A stretch of DNA of 63,972 nucleotides, counting the filler, from an uncultured bacterium (GTDB lineage: Bacteria; Latescibacterota; UBA2968), in assembly GCA_964471275.1 (NCBI GenBank). It is 4 parts of 4 records of this genome, joined end to end, with 100 filler letters (N's around TTAATTAATTAA, not from the genome) between each part and the next. Parts side by side here need not be neighbours in the genome. Positions count along the whole stretch, not along the records: positions 1 to 18,047 come from CAYYGZ010000073.1; 3 more parts are not named here. One strand, given 5' to 3'. Both the position numbers and the translations under genes were made by a program. Below the pieces are notes generated by a model, which worked only from the letters and a program-made list of their open reading frames with translations, was not told where the DNA came from and searched no databases. Below are positions 1-10,124 of the stretch, one piece after another. Each line of letters starts with the position of its first letter. Positions within the stretch are counted from its first letter, which is position 1.

Positions 1-121
1 GCCCCATAATCGACAGATACTCGCCCTGTTCGACTTCAAGATCGACTCCTTTCAGAGCCTCCAGCTTGAAGTCGCCCATCTCGTAGACCTTCTTGACTTG
101 CTGCGTGCGGACAACGGCCAT
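1..121 (-). CDS. ABC transporter ATP-binding protein (LolD/MacB-like), N-terminal part, runs off window
   Basis: Manual translation MAVVRTQQVKKVYEMGDFKLEALKGVDLEVEQGEYLSIMG leads into the Walker A position; lies directly downstream of an FtsX-type permease. Confidence 0.85.
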   Translation of the reverse strand, partial: MAVVRTQQVKKVYEMGDFKLEALKGVDLEVEQGEYLSIMG

Positions 122-172
122 GCGCACCAACCTCTGCGGTTAGGGAACCTGAATTCGGGGAATGCTGGTAAG

Positions 173-856
173 CTAGACTTCCAAAGCCATCGCGTCTACG
201 GGCTCCATCTTAGCGGCACGATACGCGGGTATGATGCCGCCAAACAGTGAGAGCGACGCGCCGATTACCATCGAGAGAATCGCGCTTTCAAGGACACCAC
301 CCCATTTGATGTAAGCGAACATCACCGACCCGTAGGAAAGCGAAGACAGACCGATGGAAAGCAAGAGTCCTACGGCAACACCGAGCAACGTCCCTGCGGT
401 GCCCATGAACGAAGACTCCAGCAGAAAGAGTTTGATGATGAAACCATCGAGAGCTCCCATGCACTTCATCGTACCGATCTCACGGAACCGCTCAGTCACA
501 GACATCAGCATGGCATTGGTGATCCCGACGAGACAGACCAGAAGAGACAGCACGACAAGCCAGCTGTTCTTCGATTTCTCCTGCATCGCGGCGGCGCTGT
601 CGGGATCGGTATCGATCCCCTTCTGCTGAAGGATCAGATCAAGCTTCGAGTTGTTTGCTTCTTTCAAGGCATCGATGATGTCGGTGTTCACCCAGATCGA
701 CATCAGAAACGCGATTGCCAGGACGATGCCGCTTACTGTGATCAATGACCGCCCGAAACGAATCTTCACGCTGTTGAAGCTGATCTCGATCGCCTTCGAA
801 AGCGGCAGATTGACCTGGCTTTCGAGCGTTGCGTCTGACCGTGCTGCATCTGCCAT
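173..856 (-). CDS. ABC transporter permease (FtsX/MacB-like)
   Basis: GITNAMLMSVTERFREIGTMKCMGA and IPAYRAAKMEPVDAM motifs; ATG at 856 has an upstream GGAGG (ORF track start 973 overlaps the previous gene). Confidence 0.9.
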   Translation of the reverse strand: MADAARSDATLESQVNLPLSKAIEISFNSVKIRFGRSLITVSGIVLAIAFLMSIWVNTDIIDALKEANNSKLDLILQQKGIDTDPDSAAAMQEKSKNSWLVVLSLLVCLVGITNAMLMSVTERFREIGTMKCMGALDGFIIKLFLLESSFMGTAGTLLGVAVGLLLSIGLSSLSYGSVMFAYIKWGGVLESAILSMVIGASLSLFGGIIPAYRAAKMEPVDAMALEV

Positions 857-881
857 CAAAATCCTCCGATTGGCTGCTGAA

Positions 882-2506
882 TCAGCGAACCTTCTCAAAC
901 GACCCGTTGCCGGATCGGTCACGTCTTTCACTATGGTAGGTGCGGCTGTCCAGAAGAGCCACTGCCCGCTCAAACAGGGTGGTGGCCTGCCTGATCACCG
1001 GGTCCTGATCGATCCTCACACGCCCCGCAGCATAAGTACCCCAGCGGATTTGCGCAAACTGTTGTCTGACCTGCTCCCGGATGAACGCGCGACTCTCTCG
1101 GAATGATCGATCCTCCGGTGACACGTCAAGTCGGTCTGCCGGAAGAGTCTTCAGATAAGTCTTGAACGCTGTCACCTCGCGTCGCCCTGGATTGTACTGG
1201 GTGAAGAAGAGATCGAACCCGTCATAATCCGCCGTAAAGGACTTGGCCTGCTTCGACGCGAACTCCAAGAACACGCCGCTCTGTGCGAGCTTCCGCTCCG
1301 TCGAGCTGAGTGAGTCCGACGTAATGACCACGTCGGGGGAAATTCCACCGCTCCCGAATACCTCGCGGTGGAGAATCTCGGTGTAGTAGATCGGTTTGGC
1401 TGAAGTGCTGTCGGGATCACTGTTTGGATCGTAGCTGTCGTGCGCCTCTTCNNNNNNNNNNGGATCGGTCTCCCGCTCGGCGTCATATACTTGGCTACGG
1501 TCAGTAGAAGCGCCCCGCCATTCCTGAGTCGGTATTGCTTCTGTACCAGGCCTTTGCCGAACGTCGCCTGTCCAACGATCAAGCCGCGATCGTAGTCCTG
1601 CAACGCACCTGCAACGATTTCCGATGCACTTGCGCTGCCGCTGTTGACAAGACAGATGACGGGCATCGAAGTCGGGATCGCAGGATCTCGGCGCGAGTAA
1701 TGATCTTCGCGGGATCCGAGTCTGCGCCCCTCCGTGTAGACCACCAAGCGGTCGGTCTCCAGGAAAAGATCAGAGACCGACACCGCCTGCTCGAGGAACC
1801 CGCCTCCATTCCCGCGTAGATCCAGAACCAATTTCTGAATACCCTCGCTGAGCAACTGCTGGATGGCGGTTCGGATTTCCTCCGTCGTCCGTCCGGAGAA
1901 ACGATTCAGCTTGATGTAGCCAACATCTTCCGCAACACGAAAAGCGTAGGGGACACTCGGCACATTGATCTTGTCCCTAACGATATCAAAGTCCAGCAGA
2001 CGCTCGTATCCCAGACGCTGAACAGAGACCGAAACCGTGCTTCCCTTCGGCCCTTTCAGGCGATCCTCCACGTCAGGGGACTTGATACCGACCGCCGATT
2101 CTCCATCGATCCGTATGATCCTGTCGCCGGGCAGGATACCCACGCCGTGGGCCGGTGAACCATCGATCGGCGAAAGAACGGTCAGGAAATTGTCGATCAG
2201 GTCGAAGTAGATCCCGATGCCCTCGAAGGCCCCCTCCAGACGCTCCTGGGTCTTGCGTAATTGCTCGGGCGTGATGTATGTCGAGTGGGGATCCAGCTTG
2301 GACAGGTAGCCCTCGATGGCGCCGTCATAGAGATCAACACCATCCGATTCCAGGTAGTAATGATGCTTGACCAGATCACTGACTTCACCCAGTGTCTCGA
2401 TCTGTTGATACAGGTTGACCCGCGGCTCCCTCGAGTATATGGGTGTGCCCACAACCAGCGAGACAACAAGGATGCGCAGCAGGAATCCCGGGGTAGATCG
2501 AATCAT
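882..2506 (-). CDS. Carboxy-terminal processing protease, S41 family with PDZ domain; interrupted by a 10-N scaffold gap at 1452-1461
   Basis: LDPHSTY, GIGI, LDLRGNGGG, SASASEIVAGALQD, TFGKGLVQ motifs; C-terminal part continues in ORF 882-1331 after the gap. Confidence 0.9.
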
Positions 2507-2623
2507 GACAGAAGACCAGGTATCGGGCTGAAAAACCTCAGCGAGAGACCCAGAAATAAAACCTTCGCCGGGCACAGTGTCAAGGAGTTTAACCGCTTGT
2601 AAATTGATGATTTGAGGGCATTT

Positions 2624-3505
2624 TCAGGAGGTGCGAGCCCACCTGGCGGGATCGACCAGATAGTCCTTCAGCGACACGAGATTCTCTCTGTATGAGCGGA
2701 ACACGCCGTCCACAATGCTGTGAATTCGTGCTGTCTTCAGTCCGGCCCGTGAAGGACGCTTCGCTGCCTGTCCCAATTCCTCTGAACGCACCGCGTGGAC
2801 GAGAGATGAATCGAGATCGAAGACCTCGATAAGTGTCTTGATCATGTCATAGCGACTCAGGAAGTCGTTTCCCGCAGCATGAATGACGCCGCTCGTATCT
2901 GGGCTCCCGGCCAGCGAGATGATCGCCTCGCTCAATTCTGGGACGTGTGTCGGATTCGCCCACTCATCCGTCACGATCCGAACTTCGTGGTTGAGCAGGA
3001 GTTCACGGAGCGCCCAGGTTACAAAGTTGGGTTTGTCGAATTCGGGCCCGTAGAACACGGCTGTGCGCACAACCAGTCCCGCACAGTCTGCACCCGTGAC
3101 GAGACCTTCACTCTCCAGCTTGGTTCGGCCATACACGCTCAGTGGATTGGGCGCATCGTCTTCGCCATACGGGCCGCTATCACCGTCGAACACGTAGTTT
3201 GTGGACATGTGGATGAGCCGACTGCCGGTTTGCTCGCAAGCGTGAACAAGGTTTGCGGTTCCCTCCACGTGGATGGCGTGTGCGGCCCCTTCATCTCGCT
3301 CACAGCCGTCAACACTCGTCATCGCCGCCGTGTTGATCACACACCGAGGTTGGGTGCGTCCAACAACCTCGAGTACCTGCTCGCGATTCCTGATATCGAG
3401 CCTCTCGCCAGACCTCCCATCCCGCGAAGTGCTGATTGCGGAGGGGAGACGTGTCAGCAGATGCCGTCCCAGATTGCCGTTCCCCCCGATGACCAGATCT
3501 GTCAT
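2624..3505 (-). CDS. rfbD: dTDP-4-dehydrorhamnose reductase family (extended SDR)
   Basis: GGNGNLG, NTAAMTSVDGCE, STNYVFDG, PNPLSVYGRTK (YxxxK). Confidence 0.8.
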   Translation of the reverse strand: MTDLVIGGNGNLGRHLLTRLPSAISTSRDGRSGERLDIRNREQVLEVVGRTQPRCVINTAAMTSVDGCERDEGAAHAIHVEGTANLVHACEQTGSRLIHMSTNYVFDGDSGPYGEDDAPNPLSVYGRTKLESEGLVTGADCAGLVVRTAVFYGPEFDKPNFVTWALRELLLNHEVRIVTDEWANPTHVPELSEAIISLAGSPDTSGVIHAAGNDFLSRYDMIKTLIEVFDLDSSLVHAVRSEELGQAAKRPSRAGLKTARIHSIVDGVFRSYRENLVSLKDYLVDPARWARTS

Positions 3506-3515
3506 TCTTCCTTTA

Positions 3516-5042
3516 TCAATCACTCTCTGTCCTTTGCGTTTCCACCATTAGAGCAAGTGCCCTGCCGACCGCACCTAACCGGTTCGGCCGATCAGAATTG
3601 GAGGCAACCGCCTCACGACAGAGCGCCTCGGCCATCTCAACATACATACGACTTTTGTCCAGCACGCAAAGTCTGATCAGACATTGGCAGAACACCCCCA
3701 CTCCAGATCCGTAGTCTCCGTCGGCGTAGACCAGGGCCAGATCCGAATCGGGTCGTATCACCACTTCGATGTTGGGGAGCTTCCTCGCGGTTTTCTCGAC
3801 CAGCGACCGTGCGGCCTGCACGTAGTGGTCTTCCCCGGACAGCTGGCCAAAATCCAGACAGGCTCGAATCAGGTGAGCGGCATCCTCAAGCTGCAGCACC
3901 GAGCACTCGCCTCCCGTCCGCACAACACCGGCCTCCCTTACTCGTTCGCTCAACAATCGATCGAGCGTTCGCCGAGCGATGTCAATGATCTGACTGCTGG
4001 AATCCAGACGAGCGACCTCACAGAGTCCGGACACCAGGAGCGCGTTGAAGGCCGTGATCGAGCGAGCGTCAAACACCGGCGGCCTGCCGACGATGGGAAT
4101 CACAGATCCTGAGGAGTCGCTGCGGGAGAAGTCGGTCGATCCCGACACAAAGACATCCTGACCAGGAACGAACAGGGCTGCAACAATCGCCGACGCGAGG
4201 CCCAGACTTGTCTGCCGCAACCCCAGATTTCCGGTTCGAGTGGCGCCACGAGCAAACGCATACAGAAGACCCGCGTTGATGCCGAGAGACGTCGTCTCGT
4301 CACGGACCTGACTGTCCGGGGTAAGCAGCGCTGTGACGAGCAGACCATCCCCGTTCCAGCGACCTGCCCGAACGCTTTCCTCCCAGGCTTGGAATGTTTC
4401 TATGCCGCCCTGCTCCAGAAGGAACAGAGCGGATTCGGCAGACAGCCGGACCTTTCCACGCTGCATTTGATCTGCAAGCCGGACACGCAGTCCTTGCAGC
4501 GAAAGATCGTGAACGATGGAAGCACGCACGACCGGTCTGCGATCGAGAAGCCTGGCACGCTCCCGCTCAAGGTCGGCCGATCTTTCCGGAATATCGTAGA
4601 GGATTCGGATGTGTCTGAGAAGTGCCGCCAGGTCACCTTGCCCGATGAAGGTTGTCCCCGTGATCCAGTTCAGCTCGGGTGTCAGAAGTGCCACAGATGG
4701 CAGCCCGCCCAGGGCGAATCGGTCGACAAGATCGGGCCGAAGATCAGCATCGACCCAGACGGGACGGGTGATTCGTGCGATTTCTGTCGCCGCCTCGGAT
4801 GCCGTGAACGACTCGCGCACCATCTCGTGGGACCAGTAGGAACGTCCCGAGTGAAGAAACAGGAAATAGGGTTTCTCTGACCCGGACCAGGTGGACGAAT
4901 CTTCCGGATTTAGCCAGGGCACATCCCCTCTCGGCACGGGCGGCGCGGTTTCCCTGACCGAAGATGCGGGCTTCTGCTCACAGGCGACGTTCAGAAGACC
5001 CACCAGGATCATGGCCGCAAGTAGGAATGATCGTCTCAACAT
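3516..5042 (-). CDS. YyaL/SSP411 (DUF255)-like thioredoxin-fold plus helical-domain protein, predicted lipoprotein
   Basis: VPW..KPYFL..SYWSHEMVRESF..VWVDADLRPDL..GGLPSVALLTP; later SITAFNALLVSGL and LEDAAHLIRA; LNVAC lipobox-like sequence. Confidence 0.75.
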   Translation of the reverse strand: MLRRSFLLAAMILVGLLNVACEQKPASSVRETAPPVPRGDVPWLNPEDSSTWSGSEKPYFLFLHSGRSYWSHEMVRESFTASEAATEIARITRPVWVDADLRPDLVDRFALGGLPSVALLTPELNWITGTTFIGQGDLAALLRHIRILYDIPERSADLERERARLLDRRPVVRASIVHDLSLQGLRVRLADQMQRGKVRLSAESALFLLEQGGIETFQAWEESVRAGRWNGDGLLVTALLTPDSQVRDETTSLGINAGLLYAFARGATRTGNLGLRQTSLGLASAIVAALFVPGQDVFVSGSTDFSRSDSSGSVIPIVGRPPVFDARSITAFNALLVSGLCEVARLDSSSQIIDIARRTLDRLLSERVREAGVVRTGGECSVLQLEDAAHLIRACLDFGQLSGEDHYVQAARSLVEKTARKLPNIEVVIRPDSDLALVYADGDYGSGVGVFCQCLIRLCVLDKSRMYVEMAEALCREAVASNSDRPNRLGAVGRALALMVETQRTESD

Positions 5043-5219
5043 ATTGTCCTGGAAACAGTTGAGGCCGTCAAACCGGAATCCTATCCGGAGCTAACGGCCC
5101 TGGCGAAGAACTTGTGGGAACTATTGCGAACCGGCGCGCGTCAGCTTGTGGAGCAGGGCGCGTGGTCGATCTGAGTGAGACCAGAATCCGGTGGCGAACA
5201 GGTTCTCACAGCCGATAGT

Positions 5220-5486
5220 CTAACTGGAGGGCTGGGACCCTTCGAGCGAGATCGCTTCGTCGATCAGCATGATCGGGATACCATCTTCGATACGGTAGAG
5301 ATAGGCGCCGTCCTCGCGAACCAGGCCGCCATCCATCTTGTTCTCAACGACTTCGCCGCCTCGATTCTTGATCTCGCCGGCTTCGATCTTCTTGTTGAGA
5401 TCGTCTACCAGAGGTTGTTCAGCCAGGGCAACGGGGGTCTTGTCCTCTGGACAAGCCAGGATTTCGAGCAGATCCTTATCGATCAT
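5220..5486 (-). CDS. Trm112-like family protein
   Basis: MIDKDLLEILACPEDK ... YRIEDGIPIMLIDEA. Confidence 0.85.
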   Translation of the reverse strand: MIDKDLLEILACPEDKTPVALAEQPLVDDLNKKIEAGEIKNRGGEVVENKMDGGLVREDGAYLYRIEDGIPIMLIDEAISLEGSQPSS

Positions 5487-5968
5487 GGGAGCATTCCTTA
5501 CTATAATTACGGGGCACGTAATTTGCGTCACATCCTTTGCGCGCAACCGTTCCGAATATAGGTAAACGCCCTCAATACGAACAACCACCGATTTACCTCC
5601 TCTCAGGAGAGCGCCTATCGTAACTCGCTAAAGGTTTGGCTTTTTCCCTGGAATATCCTTAATTCAAGGCGTTGTGCTGTGACCGCTCCTGGCACATCGC
5701 CCAAGCGTCAAATGGACGGTCGTCTGGGGTTGCAGCAACTAGGGTCAGAAACCTTTAGGAGTGCTGGGTCGTTTTCCCGCCTGATTGCGTCGGTACCTGC
5801 TTGCTTGAACAGTATGTGGGTCCAAATCTCGCAATTTCCCCGCGGTCATAAGAAACACCCAGAACATCTATTATGCCTACCGTACAGGATCACCGTACGA
5901 CTGGGAGCTCCTCCCCTGATTGACCTTCACGAAGGCACATACGTGTCGCTGTAAGGAGGAAATCTACC

Positions 5969-7021
5969 ATGCCAACGTCTCGAAAGAGCTGGCACCTCAC
6001 GAAAATCTTGTCCGTAGCGGGCCTATCCCTGCTCTCGGTGGGTTTGGTCGATGCAACCCCTGAGAGTCGTGCGGCAGCCAACTTCCTGTTGTTCTCGCCG
6101 AGCGCACGAGCTGCGGGTATGGGGGACGCCTATGTAGCTATCGCAGACGATGCCGACGCAACGTTCTTCAATCCTGCCGCGCTCGCAAACGATGATCAAC
6201 GTTCGCTGAGTACAACCTTCTACAAACCCGTTCCTTCCCTGGCGAACGACATCTTCACGTCGTTCGGTGGATACACACAGCCATTCCGGGGTGCCGGAAA
6301 TTTCGGCCTTAGCCTGATCTACACGTCCCTGGGCGAGCAATTCAGGACGGATGAGCAGGGCCAGGACCTGGGATCCTTTACCAGTTTTGGCGTAGCTTTC
6401 GGCGTTTCTTACGGTGCCTACCTTTCAAAGTCGGTCTCCCTGGGAATAACAACGAAGCTGATCCATCAGAATCTCGCCGGCCAGGGCGCGGGTGCTGAGC
6501 AGGGAAGCGGAACAGGAACCAGCTTCGCAGGAGATCTGGGTTTTCTGTGGAAGCCGAGCGACCGGTTCGCTTTTGCCTGGACGCTCAGGAATGTCGGACC
6601 GAACATGACGTTCATCGATGCTGATCAGTCAGATCCGCTGCCGCAGACCTTCACGATCGGACTGGGTTGGACTTTCCTGAAGAAAGAGAAATACTCTTTT
6701 CTGTTCGCTGCCGATGTCTACAAACCTCTGGCTGATGAGGGATTTGGTTCGTTCATCACGGGGTGGAACGACGGCGGCGGGAGCGAAGAGCTGAAGGATA
6801 TGGATTACCACGTCGGAGGCGAATGGGCATACGGACTATCGGAGATCTCCGCGTTCGCCTTTCGGGCAGGATATTCTTACGACCACGACGGAAATCGGAA
6901 AACACCCACCTTCGGGTTTGGGCTCAAGTATGACTGGGCAACCTTCGACCTGTCCTATTTCGCCAACGGGGGCACAGCGGTACGCAATGTGTTCCGCTTC
7001 TCGGGCGGCTTCACCTTCTGA
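5969..7021 (+). CDS. porV: PorV/PorQ family outer-membrane beta-barrel (type IX secretion)
   Basis: Signal peptide, FLLFSPSARAAGMGDAYVAIADDADATFFNPAALA, DPLPQTFTIG, terminal Phe; AAGGAGG RBS. Confidence 0.85.
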   Translation: MPTSRKSWHLTKILSVAGLSLLSVGLVDATPESRAAANFLLFSPSARAAGMGDAYVAIADDADATFFNPAALANDDQRSLSTTFYKPVPSLANDIFTSFGGYTQPFRGAGNFGLSLIYTSLGEQFRTDEQGQDLGSFTSFGVAFGVSYGAYLSKSVSLGITTKLIHQNLAGQGAGAEQGSGTGTSFAGDLGFLWKPSDRFAFAWTLRNVGPNMTFIDADQSDPLPQTFTIGLGWTFLKKEKYSFLFAADVYKPLADEGFGSFITGWNDGGGSEELKDMDYHVGGEWAYGLSEISAFAFRAGYSYDHDGNRKTPTFGFGLKYDWATFDLSYFANGGTAVRNVFRFSGGFTF

Positions 7022-7036
7022 AAAATCATACCGTAA

Positions 7037-10000
7037 GTGATCTCTAGCGAACACCAGAAAAGGCGTCCAGCTGCGCATCGATGTGCGCAGGCTGGCCGCC
7101 TTTTCAGTTTCCTCGCCGCAGTGGCAATCGCGTTGCTGGCTGGCCGTGCGTCGGCACAGGGAATGACTACCCGCCGCGTCCTCGCCATCCGTGTCTCCTT
7201 TCCACAGGAGATCCCGGATGAGGAGACGACCAGTGGCGATGGGACATTCGATCTTCGCACATACGAAGATGCCGTGCCCGACTACCGGTTCCCATTCGAC
7301 ACCCCGCCGCACAACCGTTCCTACTTCAGCGCGCATTTCCGGGCACTCGCAAACTACTTCGCCACCGCATCCGGTGGAGCGCTTGCGATTGCGTTCGACG
7401 TGCTCCCTGCGGGAAACAACGACAGCTACATCCTCGAGCGACGGCTGATCGACTACGGGAATGGTAGAACACGGCAGGAAGTCAACGTCAGGATCGTGGA
7501 GCTCTTTCGCGACGGCGTGCTCGCCGCTGACGCCCTGGAAGGCGCAGCCCTGGATTTCTCAGATTACGACGATATCGTCGTGATACACGCAGGTCTGGGA
7601 GGCGAGTCCAGCAATCAACTCAACGATATTCCATCCGCCTTCGTAAACCGAGAAGATCTCGACATCTACACAGAGGGTCCCGTGTCCGTCGACAACGGGT
7701 CTCACCTGATCGAGCAGGGCATCCTGCTTCCCGAGTCTGGGGGCACCGACGGCCGCAGCGGGTTGAACGGAATCCTCGCTCGATTCTACGCCAACCAGCT
7801 TGGCCTGCCACGACTGGACAACCCGGAAGACGGGCTGCCCGCCATCGGCGACTGGAGCTTGATGGATACGGGGAACATCACGGTCGCCTCGTCGCGACAG
7901 CTCGGATTGGATAACCTCACGGGCGAGCCATCCGACACAATCCTCGTCGCATACGCCCCGAGCCTCCCAACCGCGTGGTCCCGCATCCGCTTGGGCTGGC
8001 TGACCCCCGAGGTCATCCGGAAAGACACGACGATATCGATAGCCGCCTCTCATTCCACGACCGGGCATCCCAAAGCAGTTCGCATCCCGATCACGGCAGA
8101 TGAGTACTTCCTGCTTGAAAACCGGATGTCTCGACTCGCTGTCGAAGGACGACGTCCAACGATCACGCTCTCGGAAGGTATCCGGGGGGTCTGGGAAGCC
8201 AATGACGATTATGACGCGTTTATCCCGGGATCCGGCATCCTGATCTGGCACGTCGATGATGCAGTCGTCCGGGCGAGCACCGGTGGCAAGGCCGTAAACA
8301 GCAACATCGATTACCGTATCCATTTCGACGGGCTCGTCGGACTGTATCGCAAGGGTCTCTCGCTTGAGGAGGCGGACGGTCTGGAAGATATCGGTAACAC
8401 CTCCGCCAGCCGCGTGATCACGAGTGGAATCATCTCGTTCGCAAGCATATCGGGTGGTGCACAGGATCCCTACTATGTCGGCAATGCCACGCGCTTCGGG
8501 ACGGAAACGATTCCCAGCTCGGAGAGCAACACGGGATACGGCTCAGGCATAGAGATCGAGATCCTGGGTCCGCCGGGGGAAGTGATGGAAGTGTCGATTC
8601 GATTCAGCCAGCACGATGGACAGTGGCCGAGATCACTCGCCTCACCGACGCCAGCGGTGGCACCAAGAGCCCTGATATCTGATGCACTACCTACCGCCAT
8701 CCTGAATGGTGGGGCACGCTCAGGCGGAGATGGAACCGCGTGGCTCGTGTCAGGCGAGCCCGCTGTTCTGATGGATGGCTATGAGTCGGCAGTTAATCCC
8801 GCCGTCGGCCACATCACGCAGAGCGGGAATCCTGACATACTTATTGCGACCGACACGGGGCCTGCTGTCTGGACAGCGGGTGGGGTGAGAAACGATCCAA
8901 GCGGTGCATCCGTATCTGCAGTTTCCACCTCCCCCCTGGCTGCTGCGTTCCCCGGCAAGGTAACCAACGACATCTGGGGACACGAGGACGGCCGGGTGAG
9001 GTGGGGTGTCTTCGGGACAAACCCAGGCGAGCGGAAGCACGGAAATGCTGCGATCACGGGTCTGGCTGCGGGCGAGATCGATGGGGATGGCATAACCGAA
9101 CTGGTAGCACTGGACGCAGGCGGTGCAGTTGTTGTGATCGATGGAGAACAACAGAGTACACAACTCGGAGTCGTAGAGAATGCCATCGGTTCGCCGGTGA
9201 TCGGGAACTTCGATGGCACCGGCCACGAGGATGTGGCGGTATTGTCGGCCACGGGTTCGGTGACCGTGTTCTCAGATCTGGCAGACCCGATCACCAGTCG
9301 ACCCGTCCCCGGGGGGGCGGCTTCATCTCCGATACTCAGTGATCTCGACGGGGATGGTTTTGTTGAGATCCTGTTCGGAGGTGACGGACGCATATGGGTC
9401 ATTCGCTTCAACGGTGTTGCTCAGACTGACACCCCCTATGAGCTTCCGCTGAAGGACCGTGTCGGCACGATAGACGCACCACCGATTGTTGCCGATCTCG
9501 ATGACGACGGAGCTCTCGACCTTGTGGTCGCGACACAAACAGGCGCCATCTACGCGATCGCCAACTCGGGAGTGTCTCTGCCCGGCTTTCCGATCCTGGC
9601 GACCGGGCCGATCTCGGTATCCCCGCTTCTGGATGACCTCGACGGTGACAACACGCTCGAACTCGTTGCCTTCACCGATGAAGGCACAGCCCATCTCTGG
9701 CACCTGGAGCAACTCGACTCATCTCTCACCGGATCCTCGGTATCGTGGGGCCAACAGGGAGGCGATGCGGGTAACGCGAGCCGACTCGCCCAGACAGTGC
9801 CTGGCATCGACGCTCCGATCTCCCAGGACCTGCTCCCGGCCAGACGAGCCTATTGTTACCCGAACCCCATACGAGGGAATGACGCCTACATCCGGTTCTT
9901 CCTGTCGGATGTTGCGGAGGTCAATCTGACCATCGTAAACGCCGTCGGGCAGATCGTAGTCAGGATTTCCGCCGTGCAGCCAGACCCGGGAACAGACAAC

Positions 10001-10114
10001 GAGATACACTGGGATACGACAAATTATGCAAGCGGCGTGTATGTCTGCCGAATACAGGCAACAGATGGAACGCGGACTCAAACACGTTTCATCAAAACCG
10101 CCGTCATCCGCTAA
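7037..10114 (+). CDS. T9SS-secreted protein: M6 (InhA)-like metalloprotease-fold domain with degenerate active site, FG-GAP/VCBS repeats, T9SS C-terminal sorting domain
   Basis: VVIHAGLG, QLGLP, IGDWSLMDTG, EYFLLENR, GILIWHVD, LEEADG; DLDGDG repeats; C-terminal YCYPNP...ASGVYVCRI...KTAVIR. Start codon uncertain. Confidence 0.8.
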   Translation: MISSEHQKRRPAAHRCAQAGRLFSFLAAVAIALLAGRASAQGMTTRRVLAIRVSFPQEIPDEETTSGDGTFDLRTYEDAVPDYRFPFDTPPHNRSYFSAHFRALANYFATASGGALAIAFDVLPAGNNDSYILERRLIDYGNGRTRQEVNVRIVELFRDGVLAADALEGAALDFSDYDDIVVIHAGLGGESSNQLNDIPSAFVNREDLDIYTEGPVSVDNGSHLIEQGILLPESGGTDGRSGLNGILARFYANQLGLPRLDNPEDGLPAIGDWSLMDTGNITVASSRQLGLDNLTGEPSDTILVAYAPSLPTAWSRIRLGWLTPEVIRKDTTISIAASHSTTGHPKAVRIPITADEYFLLENRMSRLAVEGRRPTITLSEGIRGVWEANDDYDAFIPGSGILIWHVDDAVVRASTGGKAVNSNIDYRIHFDGLVGLYRKGLSLEEADGLEDIGNTSASRVITSGIISFASISGGAQDPYYVGNATRFGTETIPSSESNTGYGSGIEIEILGPPGEVMEVSIRFSQHDGQWPRSLASPTPAVAPRALISDALPTAILNGGARSGGDGTAWLVSGEPAVLMDGYESAVNPAVGHITQSGNPDILIATDTGPAVWTAGGVRNDPSGASVSAVSTSPLAAAFPGKVTNDIWGHEDGRVRWGVFGTNPGERKHGNAAITGLAAGEIDGDGITELVALDAGGAVVVIDGEQQSTQLGVVENAIGSPVIGNFDGTGHEDVAVLSATGSVTVFSDLADPITSRPVPGGAASSPILSDLDGDGFVEILFGGDGRIWVIRFNGVAQTDTPYELPLKDRVGTIDAPPIVADLDDDGALDLVVATQTGAIYAIANSGVSLPGFPILATGPISVSPLLDDLDGDNTLELVAFTDEGTAHLWHLEQLDSSLTGSSVSWGQQGGDAGNASRLAQTVPGIDAPISQDLLPARRAYCYPNPIRGNDAYIRFFLSDVAEVNLTIVNAVGQIVVRISAVQPDPGTDNEIHWDTTNYASGVYVCRIQATDGTRTQTRFIKTAVIR

Positions 10115-10124
10115 CGCAGAGCAC

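Noticed and set aside
1172..1461. Apparent frameshift or split of the S41 protease
   Set aside because: Coincides with a 10-N scaffold gap of arbitrary length
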